Assembly (NCBI GenBank): GCA_011109175.1
Contig: RDEW01000027.1
Coordinates: forward strand, 1-64,000
Length of the DNA: 64,000 nucleotides
Direction: 5' to 3'
From: Dicyema japonicum
Taxonomy: Eukaryota; Animalia; Dicyemida
Shown: piece by piece, positions 1 through 11,736 of the stretch
Position numbering within the stretch: position 1 is the first letter of the stretch
How the letters are laid out: each line of letters begins with the position of its first letter
Notes under the pieces: model-generated
The model's input: only the letters and a program-made list of their open reading frames with translations
Database searches by the model: none
What the model was told of the DNA's origin: nothing
Made by a program: the position numbers and the translations under genes

Positions 1-25
1 ATAATATAATCGTAACACTTGTCCA

Positions 26-641
26 ATGTTAGTGGTGTTATTGTTAGTAACATTAATCACTAATGAAGATTACTCATTCGAACTGGCGGATGGTCAAATG
101 GAATGCTTTGGTCAGTTCTTAAAGGCTAACATGCCTTTGGAGTTTATTTACCAAGTAAGTATAACATTCATTGTAGGTGTATTCGGGAGTCAACAATGAA
201 TTGGATGTATTCATATACAGACCCGACCATATACTACTAAAATCCTTTAGTAAGGAGTCCTACGGATATCTTGATGATGATATTAAACAAGAGGGATTCT
301 ACAGATTTTGCTTTGACAACAGTTTTTTCCTACAGTTCGCACAAACTGGTGCACTTTAGTTTCAACCACTGGGATCACGAAGATGACGAGGAGTTGAACT
401 CAGTGGGGGTCCTCAGTCAGGCAGAACATAGTTTATCGAAAATGCATAATTTATTGGAGACAATTGGGAGTGACATTAAGGAAATTTCTATTATGGAGAG
501 GAATGATGAAAATTATGCGGATATCATATTTAACTCAATTCTGACATGGGGATGGTTAACTTTGTGGCTATTGTGGCGATTCAGGTGACCTACATTCTTT
601 TTGTGAGGGATTTTTTTAGTGGGAGAAGAAGTTTGGGTTGA
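26..641 (+). CDS. p24/TMED (emp24/gp25L) GOLD-domain cargo receptor
   Basis: ATG26 starts a signal peptide, then GOLD motifs (ECFGQ..., YRFCFDNSFS), coiled coil, TM and a short tail. One 22-nt GT-AG intron at 155-176. Two homopolymer frameshifts (extra T near 325, missing G near 550) are needed to join the frames. Confidence 0.85.
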
Positions 642-1294
642 TTTTTGGGTTATTATTTACTTTTAATGTTTCTATATAAGTTAGTTATATGTGCATGGTT
701 ATGTATTCTGAGGGATAATAGGAAATTATTATTGTCTAAATCCTCTTCTGTCCAAAAAGTGTTCCATGGAGAGTTTTAGTATTCCCGATCTAAACCATAC
801 CTCTATCCTCCTCACTAACTCCTTTAGTCTCCCTTTGAAAGCGCATGTGACTTGGACATATTATGACATCAGCCGCATAAATCAGTGGTCTCGTAGTTGA
901 AAAGGTCGGATTTGCAATTGTCTGAGGGATAATGGAAGATGATGTAGGATTGCTTATTCCCCCTAACTCGTAACGATGTAAAATGTAAACTTTTCTGTGG
1001 TAGCATTCACTAATACAAAATTGCGTGATTTATTATTGGATTTGTAGTACGTACATATTGGGGGTTGTTTATTTATGCCTTAAAGGAATCAAAAATATTT
1101 GTAGATCGGCTTGATATGTTGTTGGCTAGCTCGTTATTTCTAAGACGCTATGTTACATTTTTATGAAAAGATAACAAATTAATAGGTATCTCAAACACGG
1201 GCAACTAGACTTGATCAAAACTGGGGCGGATTACCTTTTCTTTGGTTGATATGAAAAGTAATCCTTGTTGTGTTATGTTCAGTATATAAACGTT

Positions 1295-1500
1295 TTATAA
1301 ACTCCATGTGGTGATCTCAGTCCACTTGTCTAATATTGAAGGCCAGGAAAAACATCGACTGTTTTTTCGAAACCATACAGATTTTTCATCTGTGTATGTG
1401 GTCACTCCCAATATCCGTCGAAAAACTGGATGCTCCGCGTTAGATAAGGTGCGGAACCAGGAAAACTCCTGCCTTGTCTCCATGAAGGTTCATTTTCGAT
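1295..1500 (-). mobile_element. Degenerate non-LTR retrotransposon C-terminal remnant (RTE-like)
   Basis: RRILGVT motif typical of the region downstream of RT; no intact ORF. Confidence 0.4.
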
Positions 1501-1519
1501 AGATTTATTCCCATGCGGT

Positions 1520-1620
1520 GCAATTTATTTAAGTAATAATGGGGTCACCGAGAAAGAAAGACAATAAAAGGTCAAACTATTAGGTGACCCCTTTCACCAA
1601 GATCAGTCATATCATCCTTT
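1520..1620 (-). mobile_element. LINE-D 3-prime terminus (5-prime truncated)
   Basis: Ends ...KGVT-stop like other LINE-D copies; 9-bp stem ggggtcacc (1541-1549) / ggtgacccc (1583-1591). Confidence 0.6.
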
Positions 1621-1628
1621 GTCTAGAT

Positions 1629-1790
1629 CAGTGGTTCTCAACCTTTTTTGGTCGTGGACCCCTTGTGAGTGAATAAAAAAATTTGCGGACCCCAACATAT
1701 TTTTACAAGTTTTTTGTCAAAAAATTATTACTTTTCTAAAAACAATTTATATGTACCCATTTTATTTAACAAACAATAAAAAAGTTAATA
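1629..1790. mobile_element. hAT (Charlie/Buster-type) terminal inverted repeat end
   Basis: CAGTGGTTCTCAACCTTTT preceded by the 8-mer gtctagat (NTCTAGAN target consensus), with subterminal ggacccc repeats. The partner end was not found. Confidence 0.7.
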
Positions 1791-1809
1791 TATTTAATAA
1801 TCAACAACC

Positions 1810-3590
1810 TTCCTAACCTGCCTGTTTGCCAGGTTCGATTCTGGTTTCTGAAACAACTCCGATAGCGATTTGTCCAATTGAACCATCTTCCTATATGGCA
1901 TCTCAGAGTTCTGCCTCTTATACTCCAGTGTCAGGCTCTCTAGGGTCCGCTTTAACACAGTGGACTGTAGATAGGCCTAGAGCTTCCTATCTACCCCCAA
2001 CTGCTTTAGATAACCCTTGTGGTGCTTTGTTGCAATTCCTTCCCACGTCATTACTATAGGAATAACGAGGACCTTGCAACCAAGCATCTGCCCCATCTCG
2101 TTTGCAAGAAAGTAATCTTTCCTTTTTTTCTCCACCTCCACAGTCTGCAAACGGTCTTAAGACGTGATGCCAACCTCTATGATAAGGACTTGGCCAGACT
2201 CCTTATCGTGTACCACAATGTCCGGTTTATTGTGCTTGACTAGCACCGAGGTACGGATAACACTGTCTACCTTAATTTGGACCCTGGTGTTCTCTACTAC
2301 AGATTGCACCTTATGAGTCCGCAACTTTCTGGTGTGGCGAATACTTATTGCATAGTAGAAGACGAAGACTCCTTACTACCTCGTTATGCCTCCACACATA
2401 TTCGTGGCAGAGCATGGATCCACATCGAGTGGCTAAATAACTTACAGTGGGGACATGTATTTGTTGATCGACCCCAAAAAATATTGCGATCTTGCATATA
2501 CGTGTACAGCGCCTCCGATCGAGGTGAGTTGTCACCGTATTTTAGCCATATTGTCGACGGCTTAAGGTCGACATGTGGGTTGTCCAATGCTCTGAAGAGG
2601 ACCTTATGAAGGCTTTTTAAGTTGATCTTTCCATCAAATTATTATATTGTAATTCGATCAACGCCTTCACATTTACTAGCCCACCATCATCAACACCATA
2701 CTTAGCAGATAAAAAAGGTCTGATAGTGCCTAGGTGGGTTGCCCGTAAATTTCTCGGTCGTTATTATGGCGTACTTCCTAGCAGACACACTTGACCCAGC
2801 AATCAGTGTGTCGTGCATTCGCATTAGAATACGCTCACTTAGTTGGACTACTCCACACAGTCCAGGGCCGATTTATCACGGGGTAAATATAGTCTCTCCT
2901 TATTGGCTGCCAGCACATGGACATGGTTCTCTCTGAGTACTCCACGGATCATAACATCCATCTCATCATACTATTTGGCTCAAACTCCACAACACCTATG
3001 TAGTAGTTTAGCACGAGACAGCATACTCATTTAATGCTAGGAACAAATTCCTTGCATTTAGAGACGTCTTACACAATACGCTGCTTTTTACGGATGCCTT
3101 CAGTCTCAGGCATTATAAGGGACTTTGGAGATTCGGTAACACCCAGATACTTATATCCTTCGTGTTCCTCTAGGACTTTTACTAACTCGCTACATACTTG
3201 CGTGTTAGTCGCAGACTTTGAATAATTCAAGTCTAGTCCTATGCTCTCAAAGAATTCCCTGGCACAGACCCCCATGGAGTAGAGCTCCTCGGCTGTTCGA
3301 GCATACATCTTCAGGTCATCAATAATGTATTGGGTTTAATAAGACATCTACGATTAAATTTTCATGCCGGATGACTCGCCTACGTGGTGGCATCGCTCTC
3401 TTGAAGTGTTGGAAAAGAGTCTTAAACTCCCTATCCCGCAACCATGGAGGCGCATATGGTGTCGGATCCTGCTTTTTTCCTGTGGAGATGTGGAGGAAAG
3501 TCCTAGACCAGATCTAGTCATAATACAAATTAACATAAAATTGGAATTCTTAAGGCTTTTACGCACCCATCGTTAGAGCTTCTATACAAA
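1810..3590 (-). mobile_element. R4/Dong-like RLE-type non-LTR retrotransposon, degenerate
   Basis: RT motifs (YIDDLKMYA, YKYLGV), CPHCK...TRC...RHNEVV zinc/RHN motif, and a restriction-like endonuclease (IIEVGIT...EKKRK); frameshifted. Confidence 0.8.
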
Positions 3591-3639
3591 GAATTTGTTC
3601 TACTGAGTATCGAGTGCGCCTGTGCTGCATGGATTATCC

Positions 3640-4110
3640 CTTTATCACTATCTCACAGAGCAAGCTGGAAGTGTTATTTAGGGTCCTGGCTCAATGCCTT
3701 CCCATACGAGCATTTGGTACTCGACTAAAATACAATCCGCGTTTGAATTACTCTTTGGCTAGGCCTTGACGTCTGCTTGCATCACCAATGCCGATGTGAT
3801 GGTTGAAGGGAAAAGATGGGGTGCGTCATACACGGATACTATTAAATGGGAATTTGCTCAAGTCATCGTTGCACACGGTTCCAGAGCAAGCACTGTTGAG
3901 TGTTTGAAAAGCAGAAGGTACCACGGCATCGTTGACCGGTTCATTTTCCAGCCAATCACGTTAAGATATTTGGCGTCATTGGTCCGAGCACGTCTTTAGC
4001 ATAAGAATGAACCTAGATGATGCAATGGCTTTTCCAGAACATTGGGATTGCAGTTATGAGTGGTAACTCCCATTGTGTGCTTAAAGCCTGCAGACCATAG
4101 TGGAGACCTG
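3640..4110 (+). mobile_element. CRE-clade non-LTR retrotransposon, 3-prime fragment
   Basis: GSWLNAFP, CLHHQCRC, ASYTDT...FIFQPI, QNIGIAVMSGN motifs. Confidence 0.7.
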
Positions 4111-4152
4111 TCACAACAACTTTATTTTATTAATAAAAATTAATTTAAATGT

Positions 4153-4635
4153 TCAAATAAAAGCATTACGGAAAGTAGTGTTTGACTGGGCGTAAAATAC
4201 AATGATTGCATTCTTATTGGTAGTATTAGTGAGTGAATATGAGTTACCTAATAATAAATTAATGACTGACCTGCCTTTACGTTAAAATACGAATATTGGT
4301 TTGCCTGTGTTGGAGGACTGTCATTTATTTGTAATTTTACTGATCCTTCGTTTATAACACATGACTATGTTATAATAATAATAACTAGGTCTATGTTGTC
4401 CAAATTGCACATTTCTTTCCTTTTTGAACCATATATTATCATTCCCCTGGAGGCTATTCCATTTCTTCCACTCATGGGAAACATGAATATTTCGTACGAG
4501 TCACATTTGTGGTGCAAATCATTTTTGTTAAGAACGTGACCTGTCAGTTAATCGAAATTACAACATTTTGATGAAATCTTTGTTTTCTTCTTAGACCGTG
4601 CATCCTTCTAAAAATAACAATAATCACACCACCAT
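4153..4635 (-). CDS. CENPC: CENP-C/Mif2 C-terminal cupin-domain protein, apparently cupin-only (about 131 aa)
   Basis: Splicing four GT-AG introns (22, 21, 21, 23 nt) gives a stop-free frame with no frameshift: MVKDARSKKK...GIASRGMIIYGSKRKEMCNLDNIDLSCVINEGSVKLQINDSPPTQANQYSYFNVKAGNSYSLTNTTNKNAIIVFYAQ. This matches the Mif2/CENP-C cupin pattern (ASG.L, V.QG.V.V, F.VP.GN.Y.I.N...A.LFF.Q). Confidence 0.7.
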
Positions 4636-4709
4636 ATTTAAAAACGAACCGCCTTTTATTATTTAAATTATTTAGTATAAATATTATTTAATTAATTATA
4701 ATATATTAT

Positions 4710-4770
4710 TAGCCACGCAGTCAGGGCAGCCGCTAAATAACCGTTTACTCTTTTTTACAAATAAAATCTA
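4710..4770 (+). mobile_element. CRE-clade element 3-prime tail
   Basis: agccacgcagtcagggcagc...accgtttactct is nearly identical to the 3-prime end of the CRE copy at 47570-47620. Confidence 0.6.
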
Positions 4771-4859
4771 CAGAAATCGTCACCTCAATTGACAAGATAT
4801 ATTATTTATCCAAATCATTGAAAATTATCTAATTCAAAATTTCTTGTCTAAAGACATAA

Positions 4860-5660
4860 TACAGACCAATATCCATACTATGTACTTCTTAGATCAAGTT
4901 CACCCACATCTTTCCGTGGTACCATTGACAGCACGGTTTGAAAAAGACTTATCGGCTATTAAACATTATTGAAAAGGGTCAATTTTACCTTGGATGGTCT
5001 CCAATCAAACCTTTGCCTCCTGAAAACTTTAATTTAGTGATTTTATAAGGTTTTTAATTCTGTTTCAGAAAATCTTTATGATAAAGAGTTTCTTGAAATT
5101 CAAAACATTCAAATGATTGTTTGATAACTTAACAACGACCTACTAATACTATTATACAGATGACACGATCCTTACATTGACAACTGTGTCTAACAACCAG
5201 CTGGATATAAAAAACAACGAGATATTTAATTTATTAACTCAGGGAATTACACTAGAGTTTTCTGTAAGGCTTCGATTTGAAGAATGCCTGATTTTACCAA
5301 AAACACATCTGCTCTCATTTGAAGGACCAACCAGTAGGAATTTCGTGGGATCACACAAAGTATATAATAAACGAAGCAGCAAGCCAGTACCTCGGCACGC
5401 GGGAGATGGCCAGTAAGGGTCGGACGACACATACAGAACTAGTAAAGAAGCTAGCAAAGGAGTTAAAAGAAATCCATACAAAAAAAACTAAACGAAAAAG
5501 ACACTCCTCCAATGCAAAACGGTTTCGTGGAAGACCAGAACTACCCTCCCGGTCGTTCTACAAAACGATCTGAAAGCCGTGAAGAAAACATTGGCATCTG
5601 GTGACGATCTGGACTCACTGAGGGACCTAGCAAAGAACAGAAGAGTTTGGAGCAACCTAA
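4860..5660 (+). mobile_element. LINE remnants: RT fragment plus RTE-like 3-prime end
   Basis: LLYTDDT RT motif near 5150. RFRGRPRTTLPVVLQNDLK...DDLDSLRDLA at 5520-5650 matches the RTE C-terminus at 16016-16225. Confidence 0.65.
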
Positions 5661-7428
5661 CTAATTCTCATATTTTTTGCTGCACATAAATATTATGGCT
5701 CTCGTGAAAGTGCTAATAATATCAATTTCTACTTCAAATATAAGGACTTGCGACTGTGAACGTGCTTCACATTACTTTAATATTTCCAAGTGTTGTAGTA
5801 AGAATATTTAATCTTTTAATGACAACCTCTCCGCTGGAGTAAAGAAGAGAAAGATCCTTTTTGGAAACCAGCAGGTAAATGACATTTTTGATTTGTGTGG
5901 ATTCAATGACATTTTTAGGAATTGAAGAAGGCAAGAAAAAAACCCAAAGACAATAAATAAACCCATTTATTGTTAAATATTACTCAAATTCGTTAATTGT
6001 GTAGTTTAAAACTGATTTTTGAATATAATTAAGGGAGTCAAAAAAATCAGAATTATCATAGTTTATTCTAAACAGACCTTCAAATTTTTTACTATTTTCA
6101 ATCAAGTAAATTGCTTTGTCGTATTGCTTGGATTCCACAATATACGATAGGACAGGATTTACATCGTTGTTACATTTTTCCAACATTGTACAGATCCTGG
6201 GAGTTATATTCACCCTTGTGTGTCACAGTTCGAATACCTTTTATTCAAAATTACTTGTTTCAGTAATTTATGATCATTATTTTCAAGTAAGTACTCAACA
6301 AGACACTCTGATAGTTCTCTACTCCACTTTATCTGTTCGTAGCTTCCATTCGCTAGAGCTTCACAATATAGCATCCCCACGTGGTTAGTGTCGAGGCTTC
6401 TAATAATAAGGAAAATAACTACCATTTTTAAATTTATTGAAAATATCAACATTTCTGAGAATAGGACAGTGAACTGCTATTAAAGCAGCCTTTTTGTATT
6501 TTTTACCGTCAAAGTGATGATAAAACAGTTTTATATATTTTTTGATATTTTCCTGCATTTTTTCATAATTTATATCCAATTCGTCTATAATTAATACATT
6601 TTACGCCTATTTCTAGGAGATCCTGGGTTTTTATTGAATCACAGAGTTTACCGACTATATTGATGTTGGATGGAAGCCCACTCTCGATGTGACTTTTAGC
6701 AATATTGATCACATTCATCATCTTTTCTTCTCGGCACTTTAGAATCCGGTTTTGGGCCAACAATTTGTCTCGTTCTTTGGTAGTGTCCACCAAAAAGTCA
6801 ATGCCCGTTGTCCACTCGTCATTTGAAACAAAATATCTCTTCTTAAAATTCAACTTTTCTAACTCCTGGTCGATCCTCACACCTTTTTCGATTAAATACT
6901 CAATGTCAGCGTCTTTCTCATCAGAAATTTCTTAACTAAAGAAACATGGAGATACTTAAGTGACCCGACCCTGACGGATTGTTCCTTTCCCTTCGTAGAT
7001 TGTAAATTTTCTCATTTTGACTGTCAACCAAGTTTTGAACAAACTCACAATCTAGTTTCAGGTTGTTATTCTCAGATTTTAAATCATCATATCTGGTGGA
7101 TGAAGCAAATGTAAACTTTTCTTGTAGGTCTTCATAGGCATCTTGATAGTTTTGATTATTTTGATGATTGAGGAGTATCCTCCGATCCTCCAGGAGCTTT
7201 TCATTCCTTGACTGAATTTCGTTTTTGATGTGTTTGAAAAATTCGTTATACTCGGTGTTGATTTTCTGACATATTTTTTTATAGTTTCTCATTTCATCAA
7301 TCAACTTTGGTAATGTCATGACTTACAATTTCAAATTGTTCGTTTGTCTCAACTATTATTTCTTGATAGTCTTTATCCCCAATCAGGGAGTTTAGGTTTT
7401 CCTGTATTTTGTAGTAATTCCTTAACAT
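5661..7428 (-). CDS. CLHC1: CLHC1-like protein (coiled coil plus clathrin heavy-chain linker)
   Basis: 22-25 nt introns (one GC-AG, 6585-6606) join ORFs 6936-7319, 6563-6880, 6210-6452 and 5980-6213. Contains YKKAALIAVHCPILRN...FNKFK and MLYCEAL, resembling the clathrin linker, and an N-terminal IDEMRNYKKICQKINTEY. One inferred homopolymer frameshift; the 3-prime end is uncertain. Confidence 0.6.
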
Positions 7429-7599
7429 TGCCTATTAGAATCCCCTTGGTTACACTACGATTATTACTTTCTATAATTATTCATAAATTTATTACTGCAT
7501 AGTCCTTGGCAACCACTTGGGTCTCCTGTTCGTAATGGAAACTCACTATTTATTTATTGAAAAACCCAAAGACCACCAATCAATTCGCTAAATTAAGTT

Positions 7600-9470
7600 A
7601 TCTTAGCTTCCAACATATCTCGATTTCTCTTCTAATGCTTTGCCAACCGCGTTCCTGAAGTGTCTTCATTTATTTCTGCAGAGGAATTTTATCGGAGTGC
7701 ACTTTTTAATGCCAATCTGAATTCCTACGCATGAACCGCTCTCTCTGAATGGGATTCCTAGCTCCTTGCATATATGTAGGAAGCTCTGGCCATTTCTTAC
7801 CGTCGCCTTTTCTGAAAGGAGACTGTGGACGGATATGGTGTCTGATTGCATATTTCGCATGATTCTCCGCCTGAGAGAGTTAATACGCTCGACCCTCGTA
7901 GAAGGAATAGCGAATCTCCCAGCATAACAGGCATATTCAACCGTCAGCACAATGACTAGAAGATATAATTTGCTGATACAAGCAGTAGGTGGGAAGGGGC
8001 TCGTCTTTATAATGGCTTTTAATACGTTCCATTTTCAAAGACCTTTGGTTAATAAATAAATAGAGACCCTTGGTTAAAATTTCCTCCATGTGACTGGAGA
8101 ACGTCATAAGAGAGTCGATTGTCACTCAAAGAAGGAGACTTGTCCTTGCAGCAATAATTAGGTCGTCCGCGTAAGATAAAAACAGTGTCCTGATCATGAT
8201 AGTAGATAAACGTGTAGAAATATGTTAAATAAGAGAGGAGACAGAAAGGAGCTTTGTGGGACCCCATTCGGGAGTAATCTTGATTTTGAAGTAATTTTTC
8301 CAATTCGGACTCTTCACGTCGGCCTTTTAAAGAAATTTTCAATCCATAACATGATGTTCGGATGTAAGTTTTTAGTTTAAGATCTTCTTTGTTAGGAGTG
8401 TCATCGGAACCGTGTAGAAGGCTTTCTGTATATCTATAGACATCAGAGCCGTCCGTAAGTGCGTCTTCATGTTGAAGACTTCTGTGATGAACTAGGAAAC
8501 AGATTCCTAATGCGTCGTTGTAGAACGGCTAGATCTGAAGCCATGTTGAAAATCAGGAAATTGTAGAACTGAGGAGATTAACATTAGTACAAGTTTTTTT
8601 AACACTTTTGACAAGGCATAAGTTATAGAGACATGGTGGTAAGAGGATGGTCTTTTGATTTTACAGGCTTGAAGATTGGAGTAATTCTTCCATATATTTG
8701 GTATTGTGTGGGAATTTATAAAATAGTTATACAGTCTTGATAACATGATAAAGTCATTGGTGTTTGATATGAATAGCACAGACACCGTCGGGGCCACAGG
8801 CTCGGGTAGAAATTCTTTTTCACATCGTAGGTAGTGAAGAATGTAGTATATCCTGTCTTTGTGGACCACATCGTTTGTCATGCAGAGAGCAAAAGAATTT
8901 CTGGCTGATCGACAAATAGTATTTCATAAGGTTATTAGCAATTTTCCGTGCGTGTTACGGGACAAGGGTAACGATTTCTACTCCGCCTCCATCTTTCTTT
9001 ATGAGGCTGTTGATACTTCTTAGTGTCTTCCAGAAGGTTCCAAATGTGTTCTTGTGGCATATTTGACTAACAAGCGGCTCCACTAGTGTCCTGGTTAGCA
9101 TGAATTAGTCGGGAAATTCTGTGATTTTGAGAGCGTGTGGACTATATAGAGCCATCTGATTGCATTCCGGTTTTCTTCAAAGCATCCCGTTTCTTGATAA
9201 ATTCCAGAATGCCCGAAAATAGTTTCGGATAGAATTTTATGTAAGAGGATAATGTGATGAACATTCATTTCGAATAACTTGACATTGTGGCTGTCTTGTC
9301 AACAGGGAAGTCTTCCACAGCAAGGCCCAATAGATAATTATTCACATATGTGCTGAATCCAAACCAATTTGCCTTCGAATAGTTTTTGAACTTTGTAGAA
9401 CATCTTGGCAGATAAATAGATCTTTTGAGTTTCAACACAATTGGGTTATGGTCGCTTGTAAAACCATAAC
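7600..9470 (-). mobile_element. LINE-D (APE-RT, Jockey/I/Ingi group), degenerate
   Basis: QHGFRSSRSTTTH RT domain and IGIKKCTPIKFL C-terminal region; many stops and frameshifts. Confidence 0.7.
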
Positions 9471-9860
9471 TTAGGTTCTACATCACCAGACAGAGTAGTA
9501 AAGAGAAAACGGGGGAATTGGTAGGCCACCCTTCTGAAGGTCTTAGAAGGGTAGAGAAGGTCGAACGGTTTTCTTCCATCACATGTTTTGACGTTAAAGT
9601 AGAGAATATAGAAATCATCAAAATCTCAATCCCTGTAACTACCTGTCTGGTAAATGAGCCACTATATAGAAAAATTAGTTTCAAAGAACTGACTGTTTTA
9701 CTCAGAACTCTGTCTACTCAAATATGTTCCCAAAATTATATATTGATGGTTGGACTCTCTCAGAGATCAGTCAGATGTATATGTATGAACTAACTTAATT
9801 TTTAACAAAAAAAGTTAAGTGCATAAAAATATTAGAAAATTTAATTCAAAGTTATAATGT

Positions 9861-10805
9861 TCAATGATGGTGAGATTTCTTGAGATTTTGTTTTTTCTGT
9901 CCCAAATTTGAATCATTGTTACGAATTCTATCAAAGGCTTGGTCCCACGTGTGGGTAGTTGTATTGACAGGTTTTGAATATTTTAGAAATCGCTATGATT
10001 AAATATAATATTCAAACATAGGCTGAGTAATCAATTTTTTGAGATTTGATAAACTGAATCAATATATCTTCCCTCTCCAACCTTTCATCTTCCTTGATTA
10101 CCCGCGTTGTGTAATTGTCTAACGGTTGAAATCCAACATTATCTTGTTGGCCCTACCAATCTCAACCGGATGGTACCGATATTTCATTGTTAAAAACATC
10201 TATGAGGTAATTGATCAAATTATGTGGTAGTTCGTACAGTTTGTCTCCGTTTTGGATCATAAAGTCAACGATATCTATGCAGTCTTTCATATTATTAGTT
10301 AAATCAAATTCAATCTGAAATTAGGATTAAATATACAGGAAATAATGTCGGAGTAAAAACTATGGCCAAATTCTTACTATTCATATTGGGGGACCGATGA
10401 CCGATTTCATGGAGGAAACAAAATAATGCAGACTTCAAAATTTCGAATGACTTTTCTGATAATCTCATTCTTTACAGTGAAGTATCTTTGTCGACATTCA
10501 TACTCAATTTTATTGACTCCTCCGTGTGAAAAATCGTGCAACGATTTCGCAACATGCTCTATTTCGGTTTCATTATCCAGGGATATGACTAACTTGAAAT
10601 CAATTGATTTAAGATAGTCTAAAATTATTGCAAATTAACAAAACCTGTCATTGATAATGGAAAAATTCTCTATCTTCTTTACAAGACTATATTTTCGGTG
10701 CCTCGGAAGATTTTCGAGAAATTTATCATGCAAAGCATCTTTTAAAGTTTGATATTCTTCCACAAAACCCCTGTAAGAAGCCATTGCAACAAAATAATCT
10801 TCCAT
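9861..10805 (-). CDS. RhoGAP domain protein
   Basis: LKSALFCFLHEIGHRSPNMNSKNLAIVFTPTLFP, then after a 22-nt intron IVDFMIQNGDKLYELP (RhoGAP C-terminal signature). Further 24- and 25-nt introns lead to a stop at 9861. The middle exon structure is not fully resolved. Confidence 0.75.
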
Positions 10806-11039
10806 GCTATAAATCACGCTAGAAATCTAGGTTTACCGCTATAAAAAATAAAATCTTTATAATAATAACATTTATGAATAAAAAACTAATTTAACAGGAT
10901 TAAATTACGATGTTAATCGGATATACAAAATTAAATGTCGGAAAATCAAAGACCTTTTCAAGGTCGAAAAAATGTAACAGGCTGCCCATGCGTTACGCGC
11001 CGCCCATGTGACACATTATTCCGTATTGCTAGGAGAACT

Positions 11040-11728
11040 TTATCGTTTGATGGAATCAGGTGACTCATTCCGCGTAGGTTTTGGGGTCAGTGCAGATGCT
11101 TGTTCAGTAAAATATTGTAGGCGTCTGGAGTCGGTTTTTGCCTCGTTTTGACCACGTGTCTTCCTCGTACGGTTAGAAGCCATCGGACAACTGGGATGTG
11201 GATACCTCCCAAAAAAACGAATATTGGTCCTCATGGTGGTAGCGAGAGACTCCTTTCAGTTACCATCTCGATCAAGTCTCAGTGCGGAAGGCGCAAAACT
11301 GAATAAGCGCATCCAATCATGTAGTGCGTTAGTCCGGAGGGCATCTTCGATCGTTTTGGAAAGGATTTCCGCAGCGACAGGCTGTACGGCCTTGTTCAGG
11401 GTCCGTGGTTGATGGGTAATTAACGGAGAGTAGACATTGGCACGGGGAACCTCCCTGCATAGGCCGAGGCATGACTGGCAGTGCCATACTCTAAGCACGC
11501 TCGCTGCGGCTTGGGATAGCTTGATACACCCGTGGTGGAAGAAATCTCCACAAGCAGAGCAGGAGATCCCACGATTCCGAGTTCTGACAAGCCGACAGGA
11601 CGAACACATCTCAGTTGACTTGGTTGGTACCTTTTTCTTCAAAGTGGGAACATTCTTTTCAGGTGCTTTTCTCACAACAGGCATAATCACAGGAATAAAT
11701 TCAGTAATTTCTGGCCCACAAGCGGACG
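11040..11728 (-). mobile_element. CRE-clade element 5-prime region with PHD finger
   Basis: C4HC3 motif CSSC-x11-CSAC-x4-H-x2-C-x15-CQSC followed by the CRE-like N..W..LF.F region. Nucleotides 11040-11170 align with the start of the CRE RT copy at 19270-19400. Confidence 0.7.
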
Positions 11729-11736
11729 ATCTAGTC

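Noticed and set aside
320-555. Frameshifts in TMED (and in CLHC1, GUK1, ESF1) suggesting pseudogenes or programmed frameshifting
   Set aside because: The frameshifts I could localise fall in homopolymer runs within otherwise conserved housekeeping frames, so sequencing or assembly indels are the simplest explanation.
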